From Candidatus Hodarchaeota archaeon (GTDB lineage: Archaea > Asgardarchaeota > Lokiarchaeia > Sigyniarchaeales > SOKP01), in the NCBI GenBank assembly GCA_048887165.1, contig JBHLJZ010000009.1, forward strand, positions 693 through 64,692: a DNA stretch of 64,000 nucleotides. The letters are read 5' to 3'. The notes below the pieces were generated by a model. The model was given only the letters and a program-made list of their open reading frames with translations, was not told the origin of the DNA and did no database searches. Of this stretch, positions 58,825 through 64,000 are shown piece after piece. Position 1 is the stretch's first letter, and every line of letters begins with the position of its first letter. The translations under genes and the position numbers were made by a program.

Positions 58825-59259
58825 TTAACGCATTGGTTTTTCCTTCTTTCCAGCGATAAGTGCATCTAGTGAAACTCCATTCACTTTAACCACTTTCCAT
58901 CTTACGCCGGGGAGATCGCCAATACTTCTGCCTTTCGCGCCTCCAATTCCTTCTACAAGAACTCTATCATGTTCTTCTATAAAATTAAGGGCGCCGTCTC
59001 CTGGTAAAAAAGCTGTAACACCCTTTCCATTTTTTTTAAGTTGAACACGTACACATTTTCGGATTGCGGAGTTTGGCTGCTTGCTTTCTCTTCCAACTTT
59101 TTGCAGAACAATCCCGAGAGCTTGAGGCGCTCCCTCAAGAGGATCAACTTTCTGCTTGAGTTTGAGCTTTTTCCTTTTATATTTAGTTTTACTCCATCGA
59201 AAACGTCGTCGATTTTTTCTTAATTGACGAGCTGCATAGAGTCCTTTTGGTTTTCCCAT
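58825..59259 (-). CDS. rps12: Ribosomal protein S12
   Basis: [20 protein letters not shown] and FLPGDG. Confidence 0.95.
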   Translation of the reverse strand: MGKPKGLYAARQLRKNRRRFRWSKTKYKRKKLKLKQKVDPLEGAPQALGIVLQKVGRESKQPNSAIRKCVRVQLKKNGKGVTAFLPGDGALNFIEEHDRVLVEGIGGAKGRSIGDLPGVRWKVVKVNGVSLDALIAGKKEKPMR

Positions 59260-59344
59260 GATGATATTTTCGAATTTAATTTATTATAATAGGTAAAGTA
59301 TTATTCCTTTAAACTTAAAATTTATGAAATTAAGATTTAAAGAT

Positions 59345-59818
59345 TTAGTTTTTTGTATTTATTATAACGTTATCAATCTCAAAATGACGTATAACAAGTT
59401 CTTTTATCTTTCTAATCATTGAGCCCTCTTTACCAATGGCTTTTCCACGATCTTGCGGTCGAACCGAAATAATTACTGTTTTCTTTTCATTTTTACTTTC
59501 TTTAATTTCAATATTTTGAACTCTGATTGAATTTTTTGCAGTATTAAGAATATACTGAATAAACTGTTCAAGATTATCAGACCATGGTATAATATCTATC
59601 TTCTTTTGTAATTTAGCCATCAGATCTTTTACATGTTCTCCCGCTTTACCTATGGCTTTTCCAACATCTTCTTTTTTCACTAAGAAAATAATAATTTCTG
59701 CATTATTTTCTGGCGATTCGAAAATTAGACAATCTTTAATAATAGCTCCAGAAATATTATTAAATAGAGAAATTAGTTCCATTGATTGTCTATCAATTCT
59801 AATATTTTTCCTTAACAT
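59345..59818 (-). CDS. nusA: Archaeal NusA-like termination factor (two KH domains)
   Basis: Two GKAIGK.G KH GxxG motifs, ~155 aa. Conserved position between L30e and S12. Confidence 0.85.
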   Translation of the reverse strand: MLRKNIRIDRQSMELISLFNNISGAIIKDCLIFESPENNAEIIIFLVKKEDVGKAIGKAGEHVKDLMAKLQKKIDIIPWSDNLEQFIQYILNTAKNSIRVQNIEIKESKNEKKTVIISVRPQDRGKAIGKEGSMIRKIKELVIRHFEIDNVIINTKN

Positions 59819-59840
59819 CTTATATGTTTTCTCTTCAAAT

Positions 59841-60215
59841 TTAATTGCTCTTTGTTTTTAATGATAACAAATCAGAATCACCGAAATCATTTATACCAAC
59901 TATTGATACCATATAAGGCTTTCCCATAGCTAAACCTAAATCCCATGAGGATCCTAAATACTTATAAATAAATATAGGATTTTCTGATAAGGAATTATAA
60001 TAACGCAATTGGTGCTCTAACTCAGCTGGACAGTTATTACTAATAATGAGCATTTTAAAAGAATTCTGTCTTAGCTGTCTTAGAACTTGACTTTTACCAT
60101 AAACCAGTTTCCCTGTTTTATAGGCGACTCTGATGTTAGAATTAACATCAAATTCCTTTACTTTTTTTCTAGATAAATCAATAGATTCACTTATCTTCTT
60201 GTTTTTCCTTGCCAT
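59841..60215 (-). CDS. rpl30e: Ribosomal protein L30e
   Basis: KTGKLVYGKSQVLRQLRQNSFKMLIISNNCP...LG.A.GKPY. About 20-aa basic N-terminal extension. Confidence 0.8.
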   Translation of the reverse strand: MARKNKKISESIDLSRKKVKEFDVNSNIRVAYKTGKLVYGKSQVLRQLRQNSFKMLIISNNCPAELEHQLRYYNSLSENPIFIYKYLGSSWDLGLAMGKPYMVSIVGINDFGDSDLLSLKTKSN

Positions 60216-60358
60216 CGTTTTAATAAATAATATCTATTTTAAAATTTGATAATAAAGTAATAAAAAGTAATACATAATAATTTAAATTTTTAATGTAGAT
60301 TCTGCTTTTTCTTTGTTTTGATTATTCGAAAATTTGCGATTATATGTCTAAATATTTA

Positions 60359-61555
60359 TTATTTTTTCGATTTCTTTAGTATCTCTAAATTTGCATCCAA
60401 ATCGAACATGATGTTCACTCTTCCTGTCCCAATAGGGGTTACTTGCCCTATTATAACATTCTCAGGGATTCCAAGTAACCTTTCTTCTTCCCCGTATAAA
60501 CCAGCGTCTAATAATTGATTAACTGTTACTTCAAAGGCAGCTCTTGCAAATACACTTGATTTAGAACCTGAAATTCCATGCCTACCGATTGATTGGATTG
60601 TTCCCCCTACACACATCAAATCAGATAAGATTAATAAATGTCTTAGATCAACATCTAACCCTTGTTGTTCTAAAACTTTCTGAGATTCTTTAATTATCAT
60701 ATTTCGTGCAGCTTCGATCCCATAGAGTTTTTCTATTTCATGAATATGATTTGAAACTGTTCTTGTTGTATCAACACCTTCGATCTGTACTACACCTTGC
60801 ATGTTTGTACCTTCAGTCTTAATTACCCATTCCTTATTATCATCTGATGGTGTTAATAAGCCCCTTTTAATACCTCTAATCCCTTTTACAACTTTCTTAA
60901 GGATCTTTTCCCTTAATTTTTGAAGGTTTTGGAGATCTTCAATTCCAGGGTCAATTATAATAGAGTTACCTTCACGTTTTATTGTACCCTTTTTTTTATA
61001 CCGTTTTAATACCTCCGGTATTTTTTCAAGATCTATACCTTTCTTTTCACAAATTTCAGGGATCACATTTATGATAATATTCCAATTAACAAAATCTAAA
61101 TCTACATCATGAGTTATTTGTTCGATACGAATTTGTTCAATTCGATTATGAACTTTAAGCGCCTTATCTTCAGTTTCACGATAACCTTCTTCTAATAAAA
61201 TAGTCATTTGAGGTGTAGATGGAAAACGACGAGCGTCTACTATCTCGATTAAACGTGGTAAACCTTGAGTAACTGAAAATTCTTCAACTCCTGCATAATG
61301 AAATGTTCGTAATGTCATTTGAGTTCCAGGTTCTCCTATCGACTGAGCAGCTACGGTACCTACCGGTTCGCTTGTTTCTACAATAGCATTGCTAAAATTA
61401 ATATATATTTTATTTAACAAATAATCTAATTGTTCTTCTTCTAGTTCCTCATCCTTTATTCGCTCTCGAATTTTGTCAATCAAATCATCTGGAACTCCAT
61501 CTGATTTCAATTCATCCAACTTTTTTTCCAACATTTGTTTTGTTATTTTTACCAT
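60359..61555 (-). CDS. rpoA2: RNA polymerase subunit A''
   Basis: [17 protein letters not shown] and downstream Rpb1 C-terminal-half motifs. 398 aa. Confidence 0.95.
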   Translation of the reverse strand: MVKITKQMLEKKLDELKSDGVPDDLIDKIRERIKDEELEEEQLDYLLNKIYINFSNAIVETSEPVGTVAAQSIGEPGTQMTLRTFHYAGVEEFSVTQGLPRLIEIVDARRFPSTPQMTILLEEGYRETEDKALKVHNRIEQIRIEQITHDVDLDFVNWNIIINVIPEICEKKGIDLEKIPEVLKRYKKKGTIKREGNSIIIDPGIEDLQNLQKLREKILKKVVKGIRGIKRGLLTPSDDNKEWVIKTEGTNMQGVVQIEGVDTTRTVSNHIHEIEKLYGIEAARNMIIKESQKVLEQQGLDVDLRHLLILSDLMCVGGTIQSIGRHGISGSKSSVFARAAFEVTVNQLLDAGLYGEEERLLGIPENVIIGQVTPIGTGRVNIMFDLDANLEILKKSKK

Positions 61556-61583
61556 TTAATTCAACCTGCTTATTGGTTCTTAT

Positions 61584-64000
61584 TTATTCTCCAAATTTTT
61601 CTTTTCTCCACTCTTGATATCCCTTGGTTGATTTACCTCTCCAAATTGCATTTTTTCCTGTTTCAGCTTCAAACATTTTCATGAGAGTTTCTTCATCTGG
61701 AGTTTCTTTAATTTTCTTTGTTTCTTTTATTTTTGAGCTTTTATCTTTTTGAGTCTCTATAACTGGCTTTTCCTCTATTTTAGCTTTTTTTGGATGTTTT
61801 TTAATATCTTCTTTAATATTTTCAACATCTAAAGCTTTAGCCTTTAAAAGCAAAACATCAAGATTAACTGCTTTTCCATGATCTGTATGCATTGGATCAA
61901 TGTTATCATCACCATAACTAAATTGAATAATATTTTTATCAGAATTCCTTACTGTGCCATCATTTTCAATGACCATATCTTGTAAAGCATTTACTAATCG
62001 TCGTTGCATGTACCCACTAGTAGAGGTTCTAACCGCCGTATCAACCAATCCTTCACGGCCTCCCATAGCATGAAAGAAAAATTCTTCAGGCTTTAATCCA
62101 TTTCGATATGATGATTCTACAAAACCTCTTGCTTTAGGAGTAAGATCATTTATTTTAAAATGAGGAAGCGTCCTTAAAGTATAACCTCTATTTATTCTTT
62201 CGCCTCTAATTGCTTGTTGACCAACTACAGCAGACATTTGACCAAGATTCAAGATATTACCTCTTGCACCTGATTTTGTCATGATAACTGAATGGGCTTC
62301 ATCTCCAATGAAATGAGCTGCAACTTCTTCAGCTTTTTTACGAGCTTCTGCTAAAACTTGTCTTATTCTCAGTTCCAAAGTTTCTCTCATTGAACGTCCA
62401 GGAGCTCTCTTTAAAATTTTAGTATCATTCTCATAATAAGCTTTAATAAGTTTATCTGCTTCTTCATTAGCTTCCTTTAATATTTTTTGAATGTCCTCAT
62501 AAGCATGACCACTAACATATACTTCATCTAAACCCATAGTCATTCCATTCTGACGAATAACGTATAGAAGCATTTTTGTAGCATTGTCTAAAAATTCTCT
62601 TCCTCGTGCATTTCCATGATCTTTAATTATTCTTTGTAAAATACTATTTGATTGCATTGCTCCAAATGAATTCTCATCGATAGTACCTGTTATAAGTCTT
62701 CCATTTTTTATTTCGACATAAGCATCATAACTACAATCTTCCTCTTCACATACTTCACATTTCTTGCAAAACTTAGATTTAACCCGGATATTTAAATCAT
62801 CTGGGAATAAGCAACTAAAAATATCTTTTCCAGAATACATTGGTTCAGGATCTGTTGTGACAGGTTCTAGGTGGTCTATTCTGAAATTTGGGTTAGAATC
62901 AAATATTCCGCCCATATTTAAAAGCATTAAGGTATCCTTTTTATTGTATAAGGATTCTTTACTGGTAAATTGAAACACAGAAGAAATAAAATCTTGGATC
63001 CCACCTACTATTGGTCCTCCAAATCTAGGAGATAAAATATGTTCTTGAACTTTCAATAAGAGTTCTGCTTCTGTACGCGCCTCTTCGCTTTGAGGTACAT
63101 GTAGATTCATCTCATCCCCATCAAAATCTGCATTATAAGGTGGACAGACTGTTAAATTCAACCGAAAAGTTTTACCATCCATAATTTTAACTTCATGAGC
63201 CATTATTGACATCCTATGGAGAGAAGGCTGCCGATTAAATAAAACAAGATCACCATCACTTAAATGCCGCTCAACTGTAAATCCTGGTGCCAACATATCA
63301 GCGATAATTTTTCTATTCTTTACATATCTAAGATCAATTCTTCTGCGATCATTTCTAATTATATAATTTGCTCCAGGATGTCTATGGGGTCCATTTAGAA
63401 CCATTTGCTTCATTTCTTCTATATTCCAATCATTTACATTCGTTGGAATAGTAAGAATTTTAGCTATATCAATTGGAACACCAACCTCATTAATACTAAT
63501 GTATGGGTTTGGAGATATTACACTTCTAGCGGAAAAATCAACACGTTTTCCACTTAAATTGCTTCTAAATCTTCCTTCCTTGCCCTTTAATCTTTGAGTA
63601 AGTGTACGTAATGCTCTGCCTGATCGATGTCTAGCGGGAGGGATCCCTGAGACTTGATTATCAAAATAAGTAGTAATATGGTATTGTAACAACTCCCATA
63701 AATCTTCTACAATTAAGTGAGGTGCACCTGCATCAATATTCTCTCTTAATCTTTGATTAATTCGAATTACATCTACTAGTTTATGTGTAAGATCATCTTC
63801 GGACCGGATTCCACTGTCCAAAGTTATTGAAGGTCTTGCGCAAACTGGTGGTATTGGTAAAACAGTAAAAATAACCCATTCAAGCCTAGCGTTTTCAGGA
63901 GAGATTCCTAAGATTCTGAGGTCATTATCGGTCATTTTTTTAAGGCGTTCTAGAATCTCGATAGGTGTAATTCTTCTTGAACCTTTAGCTTCTTCTTCTT
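61584..64000 (-). CDS. rpoA1: RNA polymerase subunit A' (N-terminus outside window)
   Basis: NADFDGDEMNLH active site. The frame is open past the Met at 63935 to the window edge (EEEAKGSRRITPIEILERLKK-MTDND...). Confidence 0.95.
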   Translation of the reverse strand, partial: EEEAKGSRRITPIEILERLKKMTDNDLRILGISPENARLEWVIFTVLPIPPVCARPSITLDSGIRSEDDLTHKLVDVIRINQRLRENIDAGAPHLIVEDLWELLQYHITTYFDNQVSGIPPARHRSGRALRTLTQRLKGKEGRFRSNLSGKRVDFSARSVISPNPYISINEVGVPIDIAKILTIPTNVNDWNIEEMKQMVLNGPHRHPGANYIIRNDRRRIDLRYVKNRKIIADMLAPGFTVERHLSDGDLVLFNRQPSLHRMSIMAHEVKIMDGKTFRLNLTVCPPYNADFDGDEMNLHVPQSEEARTEAELLLKVQEHILSPRFGGPIVGGIQDFISSVFQFTSKESLYNKKDTLMLLNMGGIFDSNPNFRIDHLEPVTTDPEPMYSGKDIFSCLFPDDLNIRVKSKFCKKCEVCEEEDCSYDAYVEIKNGRLITGTIDENSFGAMQSNSILQRIIKDHGNARGREFLDNATKMLLYVIRQNGMTMGLDEVYVSGHAYEDIQKILKEANEEADKLIKAYYENDTKILKRAPGRSMRETLELRIRQVLAEARKKAEEVAAHFIGDEAHSVIMTKSGARGNILNLGQMSAVVGQQAIRGERINRGYTLRTLPHFKINDLTPKARGFVESSYRNGLKPEEFFFHAMGGREGLVDTAVRTSTSGYMQRRLVNALQDMVIENDGTVRNSDKNIIQFSYGDDNIDPMHTDHGKAVNLDVLLLKAKALDVENIKEDIKKHPKKAKIEEKPVIETQKDKSSKIKETKKIKETPDEETLMKMFEAETGKNAIWRGKSTKGYQEWRKEKFGE

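Noticed and set aside
1-64000. A search by eye for tRNA/rRNA genes, CRISPR repeats, transposases, integrases, toxin-antitoxin or restriction-modification genes
   Set aside because: There are no G+C-rich cloverleaf-sized islands in the intergenic regions, no regularly spaced direct repeats and no recognisable mobile-element or defence-gene motifs. A covariance-model scan (tRNAscan-SE or Infernal) would be needed to be certain about small RNAs.

Overview
This is a gene-dense 64-kb stretch of a very AT-rich archaeal chromosome, roughly 30% G+C by eye (not computed). I call about 57 protein genes. I found no rRNA, tRNA, CRISPR array, transposase or integrase. Most of the window is informational core. 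The transcription set is TFB, TFS, RpoL, NusA and the split RpoA'/A''. The translation set is EF-2, EF-1alpha, aIF5B, aIF2alpha, and ribosomal proteins S7, S12, S27e, L30e and L44e. The RNA set is Nop10, Csl4, the CCA-adding enzyme, TruA and Taw1. A replication cluster runs PCNA-PriL-PriS-GINS, with RFC-S elsewhere. Also present are UvrA and UvrB, enolase, PyrB, a ThrH-type phosphatase and an STT3-like oligosaccharyltransferase. Several features suggest an Asgard (Loki-type) archaeon, which is an inference: two Arf-derived proteins, a Ras-like GTPase next to a longin-like protein, eukaryote-like STT3 motifs, and an EF-2 with a divergent diphthamide loop. The best candidates for something new are listed here. 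(1) A 1243-aa protein joins a degenerate Arf-like pseudo-GTPase domain to a roughly 1,000-aa helical solenoid, and sits 1.1 kb from an intact extended Arf-like GTPase. (2) A Ras-like GTPase is transcribed divergently from a longin-like protein. (3) One protein fuses a wHTH, an ATP-cone and a degenerate NrdD-like domain, and lies convergent with pyrB. (4) An RNase III-like gene and a DUF99 gene form an apparent pair. (5) Two unknown tandem paralogues are translationally coupled to a DUF2085-containing membrane protein. (6) A METTL5-like methyltransferase gene is frameshifted and lacks a start codon. All functional calls rest on motif recognition by eye, and no database search was run.
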